Counted from the first letter of the stretch, positions 12,501 to 28,830 are shown. The stretch is DNA of 64,000 nucleotides from Macrostomum hystrix (GCA_950097015.1 CATNEN010000039.1:20026001-20090000), one strand, 5' to 3'. Numbers and translations: made by a program. The notes: a model not told the origin generated them from the sequence alone.

Positions 12501-13718
12501 CTTCAGTTAATTAGTCATTACTCTTGTAGTCTGGTCATACTCTTCAACCATTCATTCTAGTCTGGTCATTACTCCTCAATCATTCATTCTAGTCTGGTCA
12601 TCACTCCTCAATCATTCATTCTAGTCTGGTCATTACTTCTCAATCATTCATTCTAGTCTGGTCATCACTCCTCAATCATTCATTCTAGTCTGGTCATCAC
12701 TCCTCAATCATTCATTCTAGTCTGGTCATTACTCCTCAATCATTCATTCTAGTCTGGTCATCACTCCTCAATCATTCATTCTAGTCTGGTCATCACTCAA
12801 TCATTCATTCTAGTCTGGTCATTACTTCTCAATCATTTATTCTGGTCTGGTCATCACTCCTCAATCATTCATTCTAGTCTGGTCATTACTTCTCAATCAT
12901 TCATTCTAGTCTGGTCATTACTCCTCAATCATTCATTCTAGTCTGGTCATTAATACTCAAGCATTCATTCTAGTCTGGTCATCACTCCTCAATCATTTAT
13001 TCTGGTCTGGTCATCACTCCTCAATCATTCATTCTAGTCTGGTCATTACTTCTCAATCATTTATTCTGGTCTGGTCATCACTCCTCAATCATTCATTCTA
13101 GTCTGGTCATTACTTCTCAATCATTCATTCTATTCTGGTCATTACTCCTCATTCATTCATTCTGTACTGGTCATTTCTCCCCTATTTTTCTGCTCCCAAA
13201 AATAGGTGGACGCCCTGGCTCCCAGACGAGGCAACGACAGCACAGGTGTCACAGATCGAGTTGTCAATCAACTGCTCACCGAATTAGACGGCCTTGACAC
13301 GGACGGTCTGGCTGGCATCGCTCTTTTAGCTGCGACAAATCGTCCAGATCTAGTCGACCCGGCCCTGCTTCGTCCAGGCCGCATCGGTCTGCGAGCCAGC
13401 TGTCCGCAGCCCGAACGTGACGATCGGCGAAGCATTCTAGCGTCACTGCTGACTGCTGACGGTTGCATCGAGGCAGCCAATGATCAAGATCTATTAGATT
13501 GCCTTGCCGACGCCACCGAGGGCTATTGCTCGGCTGATTTCAACGCTCTTCTGTTAGCCGCCGCAGTAGAAACTAGCGAAGGTTGCCGATACGGTCGACG
13601 CGAGCTGACTTCGGCTTTAGATAAAGTTCGGCCATCGTTGCTTTCGTCTAGCAATGTTGGCAATCTAACTGCCGGTTTGGCCGCACTGCAGCCTGGTCGG
13701 CGGTTGATGTTTGCTTAA
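6535..13718 (+). CDS. PEX1: Peroxisome biogenesis AAA ATPase PEX1 (~1070 aa, 10 exons)
   Basis: Exons approx. 6535-6651, 6743-6883, 6970-7056, 7142-7675, 7809-8219, 8299-8389, 8483-9060, 11151-11549, 12099-12431, 13206-13718. N-domain-like [22 protein letters not shown]. Degenerate D1 (GASGKS, LLLDNLD). Canonical D2 ([26 protein letters not shown]). PEX1 signature [25 protein letters not shown] and [17 protein letters not shown]. Confidence 0.9.
9225..9491. repeat. Intronic minisatellite, ~24-bp unit (TTTCCATAAACTATAAAGTGGAAA)
   Basis: About 11 tandem copies in PEX1 intron 7. Confidence 0.9.
9899..10182 (+). mobile_element. tRNA-derived SINE with CORE-like domain, (CAGT)n tail
   Basis: A box TAGCCTAGTGG and B box GGTTCGATTCC. 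CORE-like GCAAGACACTTAAC...CTGTTAAATGGG. Several further copies in the window. Confidence 0.85.
10569..11060. repeat. Intronic minisatellite, 31-bp unit (GTAATGACCAATCATTAGTCCTGCACTGGGT)
   Basis: About 15 tandem copies in PEX1 intron 7. Confidence 0.95.
11611..11995. repeat. Intronic minisatellite, 22-bp unit (TCGATTCCAAATCCCTAACTGT)
   Basis: Tandem copies in PEX1 intron 8. Confidence 0.95.
12525..13175. repeat. Intronic minisatellite, 32-bp unit (TCATTCATTCTAGTCTGGTCATYACTCCTCAA)
   Basis: About 19 tandem copies in PEX1 intron 9. Confidence 0.95.
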
Positions 13719-13849
13719 TTCTGTTTGTTAGAATTAGCTCGTCATTTTGTCCGTTTTTTCATTTACTTCAGACATTTCTTGCTCATTCGCTATCAGTTTT
13801 ATGTTTTTTGTTATTTTATATGCACTTTTAGACACAAAAAATACTACAA

Positions 13850-14016
13850 GACACCTGAAATATGTCTCCGATAATTTAGATCTATCTTGGACACTTTTAG
13901 ATGTGTCTCGGACACTTCATATCTGTCTCGGACACTTTTCAGATCTGTCTCGGACACTTCAGTACTGTGTCGGACACTTTTCAGATCTGTCACGGACACT
14001 TTAGATCTGTCTCGGA
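13850..14016. repeat. Short ~20-22-bp minisatellite (GGACACTTTTCAGATCTGTCTC) downstream of the PEX1 stop
   Basis: About 8 degenerate tandem copies. Confidence 0.8.
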
Positions 14017-14405
14017 TTTTCTGTTTCGAACAATTCAGATCCTGTCTATAACACAAAAATCAGTCGATATGGCACTTTAAACATGTCTAGTGCGCCGCCT
14101 TTCTGCCAATTAGTTTCGTGAGCAATATACAAGTATATTTTGACAATGCTCCAATTCCTTTGTATCATTTACATATAAGTGTTTTTATAGTCCACATTGT
14201 GAACCTTTTGAAATGATTAGGTACTTTAAATAGATGATTATTGAATTGATTTGTTACATTTTTACCAAATTGTTATATTGTCTTTTGAACTTTAATTTCT
14301 GAGATATCAACAATGCTTATATAATCTATAAGTTTAGATTTGTTGAAATTATTATTATCGGGATAACTACGAGCGTATTATTGCCAGGCTATTTTAACAA
14401 AAATA

Positions 14406-15070
14406 CGAGGGTTGTCCGGCCAAAAATAGGACTGCTTTAATAACTCAGCAACAATGGATGTAAACAAAACGAAACTTGAGTCACTTCTCAACGAAATTGC
14501 CACCTTTCTCCAGACACCGCTCCCACCTCACCAGCCACTTGTCGAAGGCCTCTGCGAAGCTAGACGCAGGCATATTGGTCGTGACCCCCTCCCAAGCATT
14601 CTTGACCTCCTGCAGGGAGTCAAAACGGGCGCCAGCGATCGCGGCTTTGACTTTGAGAAATAGCCAAAAGTCGCATGGGGCCAAGTCCGGGGAGTACGGC
14701 GGATGTGGAACAGTCTGAATGCCTCGCCTCTCCAGGAACTGCTGGGTCAACGCTGACACGTGGGGCGGGTATTTTCATGATGGAGGAACCAGCATCTTCG
14801 CGTCAGCTGCGACCTCTTGCGGCTGATATGCTCTTGCAGAGTGTCCAGGACCTCGCAGGAGTACTGGCTGTTAACTGTCAGCCCATTTGGCGCATAATGC
14901 GTGTACACCAGCCCGCTCGAGTCGAAGAACACAATGGCCATGGTCTTCTTGGTACTGCGCTACACCCGCGCTTTCGTTGGGGCCGCAGCTGCACGCGGAA
15001 CCCACTGCTTCGACTGAACCTTGGTCTCTGGCGTATTTGAGCAGTCCTATTTTTGGCCGGACAACCCTCG
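14406..15070 (-). mobile_element. Internally deleted mariner (Tc1/mariner) element
   Basis: Perfect 31-bp TIRs CGAGGGTTGTCCGGCCAAAAATAGGACTGCT with TA on both sides. Minus-strand transposase remnant: QWVP, MAIVFFD, FLHHEN, HPPYSPDLAPCDFWLF, WERCLEKGGNFVEK. It has a stop and a frameshift, and the N-terminal half is deleted. Confidence 0.95.
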
Positions 15071-15122
15071 TAGTAAGCGTATGCTAAAACCTAGAGAAAT
15101 TAAACCTTAATTTCAGCCGCCA

Positions 15123-18100
15123 ATGCTGCGACTAGCAGTTGCACCATCGGGCGCATCGGCTGGCAATTCCATCGTTGTCGCCTGTAGACGCTGTCTTCAG
15201 TCAATGGCTGCGCCGGTGACCTCGCCGTCTCGCCGACTAATTGCCATCGCTTCGATTAGTCGTCAATCGCGCATTGTTTCAAACTCGTCACCTAGTCTAA
15301 TGTTTTTGCCTATGACGCCGACGCGTTGCTATGCAACCACAATGGACATTCTGCGCACCTGGTTCACCGAAGGTCCGGAAGCCGCGGCGCCGTCGCAGCC
15401 GTTGGCAAATAGCCAATTGGACTCTACAGGCGGTTTCGCTGCGTCATCAGCGGCTACGCCGCCTCCCCCATCGTCGCCTACATCGTCATCGTTCTTCGTG
15501 GACGAAGGCGACGCGACAATCGAGGTGGGGATTCTTAATAATAAAAAAAATAATAATTGCAGGAGGGCTGCGGGCAACGGCACATCATTTGGTGACCCGC
15601 AGCCAGCAAGGAGGCAATTCTGCCCATTTTGCTGACTCCTGAGCACACTCACACAGGTGTGTACATCTGCCGTCTTTCTCATCTTCTGGCAGTGTACACT
15701 CTCACTGTGCCTTGGAGGTTGGCCCCCAGGGCGTAGATTGCACAAATAAATATGGCCTCGCCGTGGAATCGAACTCAGAAACCTTGGCGCGAGAGACAAA
15801 CGCGTTAACCGCTCTGCCACCGACACCACCCCCCCGGTGGGGATTCTTGCTTTCGTGTTATAAAAAATCCTTTTTTGAGACCTCTGCCTCCTTTGTTTGG
15901 TTCAGGAGCTGGTGGAAGGCTCGTCAGCTGACGTGCTAGCCTCGTCCCTGATCGAGCCAACCTTCTCTAGCCTGGGCCTCGGCACCAGCTTCTCACCCGT
16001 TAGCCTGCAATTGAAACTATTGGAGACTCTGCACGTGACCCTGGACACACCCTGGTGGCTGTGCGCCATCCTAATGGGTATCACTGTGCGCCTAGTCATC
16101 CTGCTGCCCAACATGTACATGCAGAGGGTTATAAGAGTGGACTCTCCGCGCTTCCTGAGGATTGTCAATTTTTTTGAGCGCGTTAGATTCTTTAGCCGAT
16201 CCGGCAATATGCAGGAGACGCTGCGATTGCAGCAGGAGGTAATTTTATGCTCGCTTCTATGTTCTTGTGCAAATTTCTGTGTCTTAATGTGGATAAGTTT
16301 CCGCCGAGAAGATGGAGTGTCTGTAGAAGAGATTTGGCGCCCTCTGAATTGAGTGGGCATCCACTGAAGAAAGTGAGTGTCTACTGAAGGGACTGGGCGT
16401 CTACTGAAGGGACTGGGTGTCTACTAAAGGGACTAGGTGTCAACTGAAGGGACTAGGTGTCTACTGAAGGGACTGGGCGTCTACTGAAGGGACTGGGTGT
16501 CTACTGAAGGGACTGGGTGTCTACTGAAGGGACTGGGCGTCTACTGAAGGGACTGGGTGTCTACTGAAGGGACTGGGCGTCTACTGAAGGGACTGGGTGT
16601 CTACTGAAGGGACTGGGTGTCTACTGAAGGGACTGGGCGTCTACTGAAGGGACTGGGTGTCTACTGAAGGGACTGGGTGTCTACTAAAGGGACTGGGTGT
16701 CTACTGAAGGGACTGGGCGTCTACTGAAGGGACTGGGCGTCTACTGAAGGGACTGGGTGTCTACTGAAGGGACTGGGTGTCTACTGAAGGGACTGGGCGT
16801 CTACTGAAGGGACTGGGTGTCTACTGAAGGGACTGGGTGTCTACTGAAGGGACTGGGCGTCTACTGAAGGGACTGGGTGTCTACTAAAGGGACTAGGTGT
16901 CAACTGAAGGGACTAGGTGTCTACTGAAGGGACTGGGCGTCTACTGAAGGGACTGGGCGTCTACTGAAGGGACTGGGTGTCTACTGAAGGGACTGGGTGT
17001 CTACTGAAGGGACTGGGCGTCTACTGAAGGGACTGGGTGTCTACTCAAGGGACTAGGTGTCTACTGAAGGGACTGGGCGTCTACTGAAGGGACTGGGCGT
17101 CTACTGAAGGGACTAGGTGTCTACTGAAGGGACTGGGTGTCTACTGAAGGGACTGGGTGTCTACTGAAGGGACTAGGTGTCTACTGAAGGGACTGGGTGT
17201 CTACTGAAGGGACTGGGTGTCTACTGAAGGGACTAGGTGTCTACTGAAGGGACTGGGTGTCTACTCAAGGGACTGGGTGTCTACTGAAGGGACTGGGTGT
17301 CTACTGAAGGGACTGGGTGTCTACTGAAGGGACTGGGTGTTTCACTAAAGCAAGTTACTGTATGCAGTGAAGCAGAGCTCCAAAAAAGCAGTTTTATGTT
17401 CTCAATGCTCCGCAGGCTCTGGACGAGTTTCCCGAAATTTTTGACGAGAAAAAATTAAAGAAGAACCGCAACCGCATGCTTGGCATCTTTGCCAGCAATT
17501 TCTTTGTCATGAGCTTCGCCCAAATAGCCAGCATCAGGGCCCTTTATCGAGCTGCCGAGCTGCCAGTCGAAAGCTTTCAACAGGGCGGCCTGCTCTGGCT
17601 AACAGATCTGACCTCCATTGATCCCTACTTTATTCTACCGACGGCAATCACCAGCCTATTAATGCTAAATGTGCATCAGTTCTTTAAGAATACTTTGCCG
17701 TCTAGTCAGGCCTCGGTAATTATCTTCTTTGACTTGAATTTTTTTATTCTAGATTTTTATGTTCTAACGGAAAATTATTTTGATTGATTTTTGTTTTTTT
17801 CAGATGTCGCAAGTGAAGCCTTTGGCTTACACTCTATTGCCAGCCTGCGCGTTCACCTTTCTAATTAATTTTCCCGGCGCTAATTTGTTATACTTCTTTG
17901 CCACCGGTTGCACCGCTCACCTGTTGCATCAGTTAAACAAAACTGCTAAAGCTAAGGCATTCTGGAAGGCTAAGATTGGCCTGCCGCCAGTTGAAGAGTT
18001 GCCGTTTAACAGCGCCCAGATCAATAACGCCGCTATGGATCGTATTAGGAATCAGATAATGCCGGCTGTTAATAATGACGGTTATCGGGCTGCAAGAATG

Positions 18101-18202
18101 ACTGATCAGACTGATCAGGTGCCTAAGACCTTCCGGATTCGACAGCGAAGTCAGTCTCAGCAGCAGCAGCGTCAGTCTCAGAGTAGTAGGAGGCTTATCT
18201 AA
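15123..18202 (+). CDS. OXA1L: Mitochondrial inner-membrane insertase, Oxa1/YidC family (~477 aa)
   Basis: Exons 15123-15524, 15906-16238, 17416-17715, 17804-18202, all phase 0. Arg/Ser-rich presequence. LETLHVTLDTPWWLCAILMGITVRLVILLP and LPVESFQQGGLLWLTDLTSIDPYFILP. A long basic C-tail favours OXA1L over COX18. Confidence 0.85.
15537..15835 (-). mobile_element. tRNA-derived SINE (second family) in OXA1L intron 1
   Basis: Minus strand has A box TGGCAGAGCGG, B box GAGTTCGATTCC and an (ATT)-rich tail. 13-bp TSD GGTGGGGATTCTT at 15524-15536 and 15836-15848. Confidence 0.85.
16360..17340. repeat. Intronic minisatellite, 20-bp unit (CTACTGAAGGGACTGGGYGT)
   Basis: About 48 near-identical copies in OXA1L intron 2. 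Confidence 0.98.
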
Positions 18203-18319
18203 AAAGCGAGGCTTTGGTTACTGCCAGTTTGTCTTCGGTTACGAAAATTCATTTTTTTCTTATTCTTGTGTTCATTAAATCAAGTAAAAGGTTCGATATT
18301 TTTAGTGGCCTAAATCTTT

Positions 18320-19337
18320 TACCATAGTTCAGTGGACTACTGAATCAGGGACCATTGTTCAGTGGACTACTGAATCAAGGACCATTGTTCAGTGGTCTCC
18401 TAAATCAAGGACCATTGTTCAGTTGTCTCCTTAATCAAGGACCATTGTTCAGTGGTCTCCTAAACCAAGGACCATTGTTCAGTTGTCTCCTAAATCAAGG
18501 ACCATTGTTCAGTGGTCTCCTAAATCAGGGACCATTGTTCAGTTGTCTCCTAAATCAAGGACCATTGTTCAGTGGTCTCCAAAACCAAGTACCATATTGT
18601 TCAGTTGTCTCCTAAATCAAGGACCATTGTTCAGTGGTCTCCTAAACCAAGGACCATTGTTCAGTGGTCTCCTAAATCAAGGACCATTGTTCAGTGGTCT
18701 CCTAAATCAAGGACCATTGTTCAGTGGTCTCCTAAATCAAGGACCATTGTTCAGTGGTCTCCTTAATCAAGGACCATTGTTCAGTGGTCTCCTAAATCAA
18801 GGACCATTGATCAGTGGTCTCCTTAATCAAGGACCATTGTTCAGTGGTCTCCTAAATCAAGGACCATTGTTCAGTGGTCTCCTAAATCAAGGACCATTGT
18901 TCAGTGGTCTCCTTAATCAAGGACCATTTTTCAGTGGTCTCCTTAATCAAGGACCATTGTTCAGTGGTCTCCTAAATCAAGGACCATTGTTCAGTGGTCT
19001 CCTTAATCAAGGACCATTGTTCAGTGGTCTCCTTAATCAAGGACCATTGTTCAGTGGTCTCCTAAATCAAGGACCATTGTTCAGTGGTCTCCTTAATCAA
19101 GGACCATTGTTCAGTGGTCTCCTTAATCAAGGACCATTGTTCAGTGGTCTCCTTAATCAAGGACCATTGTTCAGTGGTCTCCTTAATCAAGGACCATTGT
19201 TCAGTGGTCTCCTAAATCAAGGACCATTGTTCAGTGGTCTCCTAAACCAAGGAATATAGTTCAGTGGTCTCCTAAACCAAGGACCATTGTTCAGTGGTCT
19301 CCTAAACCAAGGAATATAGTTCAGTGCTCTCCTAACT
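18320..19337. repeat. 30-bp minisatellite (GGACCATTGTTCAGTGGTCTCCTWAATCAA) between OXA1L and ATP5F1A
   Basis: About 33 copies. Produces spurious (GPLFSGLLNQ)n ORFs. Confidence 0.98.
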
Positions 19338-19888
19338 AAAAAACGGCTTAGTTTAGCGGCTTGAATTTTGTTCACCATTGATTTATGGCCGAGTTTGTTA
19401 CAGTAGTCAGAATTTTAGCGACATTATCTTTAGATTAATTTTCCATTTGTTTGTTTACATTTCTCTGATCCCTTTGGTAAAGAATTGTTGGCTTTGCATT
19501 TTTTCAAGCTGAATTTTGTTGAACTTCACAATGTTTGCTTGGAATAACATTGGTTTCTATAAAATAATGAAATTAGCAAGGTTTTGTATTTCAGTTCTGT
19601 CTGCAGTAACACTTGAATATATTCAATCAGTATAGATTCGAAGGAATATAATGTTTTAGGCATGGCTAACTAATGGTTTCTACTGTTTTTGTTTGTAAAT
19701 TATTAAATCTATGTTTAGTTTTGCTTCCTTAATTTAGATTTTGCAATCTCGGTGATAAAACCGGTGTTTCGTTATGATTTATTTTCTACACATTGAAGTA
19801 AGACATAGATTATAAAATATAACCTATTAGTAGCTGGACTCACTAAACCTCATTGAAATCTGTCATAAAACCCTTAAGTCCTAATTAC

Positions 19889-20047
19889 TGGGGGGACGCC
19901 ACTCCCATACCCAATTACCCCAGCTACTGCTCGTGAACTGAAGCAATACAGAGTTAAGTAGCTTGCTGAATGACTAAAAATGTTAGTCGTGAATCGAACC
20001 CCTGACCTTCTAGTCGTTAGTACGACGCTGCAACCAAAAGGCTACAA
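19889..20047 (-). mobile_element. Degenerate CORE-like tRNA SINE copy
   Basis: Reverse-complement similarity to the 9899 element (GAATCGAACCCCTGACCTTC, AACTGAAGCAAT, GGGGGGACGCCAC). Confidence 0.75.
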
Positions 20048-20234
20048 TGTATTTAGTATAGTTGGTCTCTAGTATAGACCCACTTGAACACAGATCATTA
20101 GTTGAGTTGAGCTCATTTTATATGGAATTAACCAATCAATCCTTCAATTCCTCACCCGCAGCTGTTCAGCTTCAAATCTCTCTCCCTTACAATTCTTTAT
20201 TGATCTCCGAAATTACACCAAAGCTTAATCAACA

Positions 20235-23724
<3,490 letters not shown>

Positions 23725-24514
23725 GGCCCCCCTTCGAGCATAGAGTTAAAAAACAGAAGAGAGTAAACGGCAAACTTTGAGAACTCCGCGAGACCGGCTA
23801 GCTAGATCGTGGACTGAAATACTTTGACTAAATAAATTTGTTGCTAGACCTTTTTTGTGGGACTTTTGTCTTCTTAGTTCGTATCAAGAATTCTAATATT
23901 ATATTTATTCTCTAAGCAGTTTCTTTTCAAAGATAGCTTATAATGTTTTGTAGAACATCCTAATGTGACTACTCACATTTGTTTTAGTTCTAAGTAGGCG
24001 TGTCGGAAACCGTGTGTAGTGTTTATTGAAATCCTATAACAAAAATAAACTGATTATCCTGTAGCGACCGTGTCCTTCGAATCCTAGCTCGTAAGCCTAA
24101 TTTAGCACAATATAAAATTATTTTCGTGTAGGCAAATCTTCATGTTAGCAGTTTTCTTTATTTGTATGGCCGCGCAGCTAAGAATAGAATGACAATGGGT
24201 TAACAGAAAAAAATAAATTTATTCGTTCAAAAATCTATCAGCCTTTTTCAACCACAAACAGAAAATCGTCGACCGAAAAAGTATGCGATTTGAAGAAATA
24301 TTAATCCGAAAATCTTTTTGTCTGGCGCGCACAAATTTTTTTTCGCTTGGCCTTTTCACTTCATTATTATTATTATTATTATTTTCCGTATTCAGTTACG
24401 TCTATTAAGGAAAAATGGTAAAAAGTGCTTCTCTCAGTCAAATTAAAAAAGTCAGTCTGGTGAGTCTTGTTAGCCTAGCTCACAGATACTAAATACCCTA
24501 AATGCCCTACCCTA

Positions 24515-24645
24515 CACGGAAGAGATAAGACAGGGGATAGATGAGACACGGAAGAGATGAAACAGGTGTTGGAAGGGGCAACGGGCCGGATTTAGGAGCT
24601 TCGAGGGCCGCATCTGGCCCGCGGGCCGGAGTTTGCCGACCCCTG
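24515..24645 (-). mobile_element. Partial hAT MITE (same family as 32285-32671)
   Basis: Reverse complement of CAGGGGTCGGCAAACTCCGGCCCGCGGGCCAGATGCGGCCCTCGAAGCTCC. Confidence 0.9.
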
Positions 24646-24722
24646 CACTTACTGGATTCTAGCTCGCTGGAACCTAATTCCAAAGACCTGCCCCTTTAGA
24701 ATCTGCTTCCACAGAGATCAAG

Positions 24723-25281
24723 CAGTCTGGTGAGAGTCTTGTTGGTCATGGAGATCATACTCCTACAGTCTGGTGAGAGAGTCTTGTTGGTCATGGAGAT
24801 CATACTCCTACAGTCTGGTGAGAGAGTCTTGTTGTTCATGGAGATCATACTCCTACAGTCTGGTTAGAGAGTCTTGTTGATCGTGGAGATCATACTCCTA
24901 CAGTCTGGTGAGAGAGTCTTGTTGGTCATGGAGATCATACTCCTACAGTCTGGTGAGAGAGTCTTGTTGGTCATGGAGATCATACTCCTACAGTCTGGTG
25001 AGAGAGTCTTGTTGGTCGTGGAGATCATACTCCGACAGTCTGGTGAGAGAGTCTTGTTGGTCGTGGAGATCATACTCCTACAGTCTGGTGAGAGTCTTGT
25101 TGGTCGTGGAGATCATACTCCTACAGTCTGGTGAGATAGTCTTGTTGGTCGTTGAGAACAGACTCATAAAGTGTGCTTAAAGTGGTTTTATTATTGAGAA
25201 CAGACTCATAAAGTGTGCTTAAAGTGGTTTTATTATTGAGAACAGACTCATAAAGTGTGCTTAAAGTGGTTTTATTATTGA
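24723..25281. repeat. 45-bp minisatellite (CAGTCTGGTGAGAGAGTCTTGTTGGTCRTGGAGATCATACTCCTA) followed by a 3x ~42-bp repeat
   Basis: Tandem copies between the convergent 3' ends of ATP5F1A and the EF-hand gene. Confidence 0.95.
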
Positions 25282-25405
25282 AGTCTTAAAATGGAATATG
25301 AAACTTTAACCTCGCAGTTAACCAGTTTTTTGGTTGAAAATTCTAAGAGAAGCCATTATTTATCGTACATCCTCATTACGATGGAGAAGTCGGTTGCGCA
25401 ACATA

Positions 25406-27434
25406 CTACTTCTTGCCGCCGGCTTTACCTCTAGCTGTCGACTTGCCAGTTGGACTGCGTATTTCGCAATTAACGGCATCATCAACAAATTCTAAAATGT
25501 TTTTCATTGTTAGTTTTGATTATTTTTTATGCCCTGTTGGATACGAGATTTAAAATGTTAGTTAAAGAACATTGGTCTCACTGGCGTAGTCAACTTTGCC
25601 ATCCTTGTCCAACGGCAGCTCCTTGAGCAGCTCCTTGATGTCCGCTGGGCTGAGCACCTCGCCGACGCTGGCTAGAATGGAGGTTAATCGGTTCACCTCG
25701 ATGCTGCCGCTGTTGTCCTTGTCCAGAACCTTGGCAATAAATTAGAAGGTAGAATGATTTTTTGGGAAAGGTTTTTGGTAGAGCTCAAACCGACAGCCAG
25801 AAAGACAAGGCTGGAGTTCTTGTTAATAAGAACTGTCGATCTGTTCTCACCGAGAAGGCCTCCAGAACTGACTTTTTTACTTCGGCTTTGCTGGTCTTGA
25901 ACTCCTGGGCCGCCTGATAAAACTCTTGAAATGTTAACTTGGTGTAGCCTGAAAAAAAACAGTTGGAAAATGTCTAATTTTGGGTAGCTAAGCCAGTCTC
26001 CGTATCGTAATCCAGCACGCGGTAGGTCACATCGTTTTAATTCGATTTTTATTGACCTTCGAAGAGGTCCAGTTTAACAAACAAAAACATAATGCTCTTT
26101 AGCACGAGTGCATCATGCACAAACCTCGATCGTACAGTTCAGTCTGTTCCAATCGGTCCGTAATGAGGCGCACCTCGCGTTCGCTTGGCGTCTGTCCCAA
26201 GGCTCTCAAAGCTGAGCCTAGATCTCTGCTGAGCAGGAAACCGGAGCCGTTCTCCAGTTCTTGGAACACCCGCCGACACTGGTCTGGGTGGGGATCGATT
26301 TGCTCTCATAATTTCCTGACACCACAATGTCCCGACACCGCAATTACACGACACCACAATTTCCAACACCATAATTACCCGTCACTATAATCACCCCACC
26401 AAAATTTCCCGGCACCACAATTTCCCGACACCATAACTTCCCGACACCAAAATTTCCCGACACCACAATTTCCCGACACCATAACTTCCCGACACCAAAA
26501 TTTCCGACACCACAATTTCCCGACACCATAACTTCCCGACACCACAATTTCTCGACACCATAACTTCCCGACACCAAAATCTCCCGACACCATAACTTCC
26601 CGACACTACAATTTCCCGACACCACAACTTCCCGACACCACAATTTCCCGACACCACAATTTCCCGACACCATAACTTCCCGACACCACAATTTCTCGAC
26701 ACCATAACTTCCCGACACCACAATTTCCCGACACCATAACTTCCCGACACCACAATTTCCCGACACCACAATTTCCCAACACCATAACTTCCCGACACCA
26801 CAATTTCCCGACACCATAACTTCCCGACACCAAAATTTCCCGACACCATAACTTCCCGACACCACAATTTCTCGACACCACAATTTCTCGACACCATAAC
26901 TTCCCGACACCACAATTTCCCGACACCACAATTTCTCGACACCATAACTTCCCGACACCACAATTTCTCGACACCACAATTTCTCGACACCATAACTTCC
27001 CGACACCAAAATTTCTCGACACCATAACTTCCCGACACCATAACTTCCTGACACCACAATTTCTCGACACCATAACTTCCCGACACCATAACTTCCTGAA
27101 ACCACAATTTCCCGACATTAAAATTTTGCAACACTTTAATTTTATAACGTTGAAGTTTCTCAAATTTCTTAGAAGACACAAAACTTTTCGTGCTTTACTC
27201 ACGCATTAGTTCCTGATTCAGTTTACTTTCATCGTCACCTTCAGCGACAACATCGTCCTCCAACGTTTTTACCTCAGCCGTGGCTGCAGCTGCTGCTGTT
27301 TCTTCTTCATTTTCTGGTTCCGCGCGAACCTCGTCGACGACAATAAATGAGGCCGAGTCGGCCACCGAAGATTCAACTTCGTCCGAGGATGCTGTCGACG
27401 ATGCAGGTCGAGAGTTCGATTCCGTTTGTTGCAT
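25406..27434 (-). CDS. Calmodulin-like EF-hand protein with acidic N-terminal extension (~240 aa)
   Basis: Exons 27434-27203, 26283-26125, 25948-25851, 25729-25582, 25491-25406, all phase-compatible. RVFQELENGSGFLLSRDLGSALRALGQTPSERE; EAFSVLDKDNSGSIE; GEVLSPADIKELL; LDKDGKVDYAKF. Confidence 0.88.
26308..27120. repeat. 19-bp minisatellite (CCCGACACCAYAAYTT-type) in EF-hand gene intron 1
   Basis: About 42 copies. Source of many spurious ORFs. Confidence 0.97.
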
Positions 27435-28281
27435 TGTGTATCTACTGGATCAGCAGGGCAAAAAGCTAATCAAGGTAAACAGATTTTGCACCTTAAATAT
27501 CTCTGGCCCAGGCAGCTTTGAAGTGTATTAATTGAACGACAACCAGACAAGGCTAGCAGTGTGACTTTCTTGATTGACAGACTGAATGATTTCAGTGGCA
27601 TCGGGCCGCTGTACATTGGGGTAGTGAAAGGGAAACAGCGGACTGCCAGTATATGAGGGGAGAATAATTATGAGAGATTGGCTGCCTTCTAGACCAGCCC
27701 AGGAGCTGCTCAAGTTGAGCACACAAGCAGTGCGGAGCATATTAGACACACAAATTGGGTAGCGGGGGTGGACAGAATGAAGAAAAAGTGCCGGATGCTG
27801 CTCCGGTAAGAGCTCATGGAAGAGAGGAAACCGCGGAGCGACTTCTGAATAGTTGCTGCGCGGAAGTATAGAAACGGACTTGGGTAAAAAAAGTAGCTGG
27901 GAAAAGTTGCTTTTTGGCTTGGACTGTTTTATAAAGAATTGAATGCTTGAGTTCTTTTTTTGCCAAGACGGTCGTTGCATGCCATGGTACTTTGTCATCA
28001 TCGATTGTGCCACGCTTCAGGTTTTCCTGATGATTCTATACTCCAATTGGCTTGTAAAAAAATTTACAAGAGAGGGGGGCACTTGCTTTTGGAAGTTCAG
28101 TTCATGTGGTTGCATTAATATTAATCACAAATTTGCACTAATCAGTCGTTGTGAGGACATCATTGTTTGCACTCTGAGCTTTTGTGTGGTTCATTGTGGC
28201 CTTTTAGGTGGTTTATTGTGGCTAGTTGGGTGGCTCATTGTGGCTAGTTGGGTGGTTGTTTGTGGCTAGTTTGGTGGTTGA

Positions 28282-28830
28282 TTCTCGACACCATAACTTC
28301 CTGACACTACAATTTCCCGACACCACAACTTCCCGACACCACAACTTCCCCACACCACAAATTCCCGACGCCACAACTTCCCGACATTACAATTTCCCGA
28401 CACCACAACTTCCCGACACCACAACTTCCCGACACCACAACTGCCCCACACCACAACTTCCCGACACCACAACTTCCCCACACCACAAATTCTCGATGCC
28501 ACAACCTCCCGACATTACAATTTCCCGACACCACAACTTCCCGACACCACAACTTCCCGACACCACAACTTCCCGACACCACAACTGCCCCACACCACAA
28601 CTTCCCGACACCACAACTTCCCGACACTACAATTTCCCGACACCATAACTTCCCGACACTACAACTTCCCGACACCACAACTTCCCGATGCTACAATTTC
28701 CCGACACCACAACTTCCCGACACCACAACTTCCCGACACCGCAACTTACCGACACCACAACTTACCGACACCACAACTTCCCGACACCACAACTTCCCGA
28801 CACCACAACTTCCCGACACCACAACTACCT
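28282..28830. repeat. Second array of the same 19-bp minisatellite, upstream of the EF-hand gene
   Basis: Unit CCCGACACCACAACTT in the same orientation as the 26308 array. Confidence 0.97.

Noticed and set aside
18355-19259. Long ORFs of (GPLFSGLLNQ)n
   Set aside because: Translation of a 30-bp minisatellite, with no splice or start context.
27528-28260. ORFs upstream of the EF-hand gene; a minus-strand EAWHNR peptide reminiscent of MULE transposases
   Set aside because: Only a short motif among many stops, which is insufficient support.
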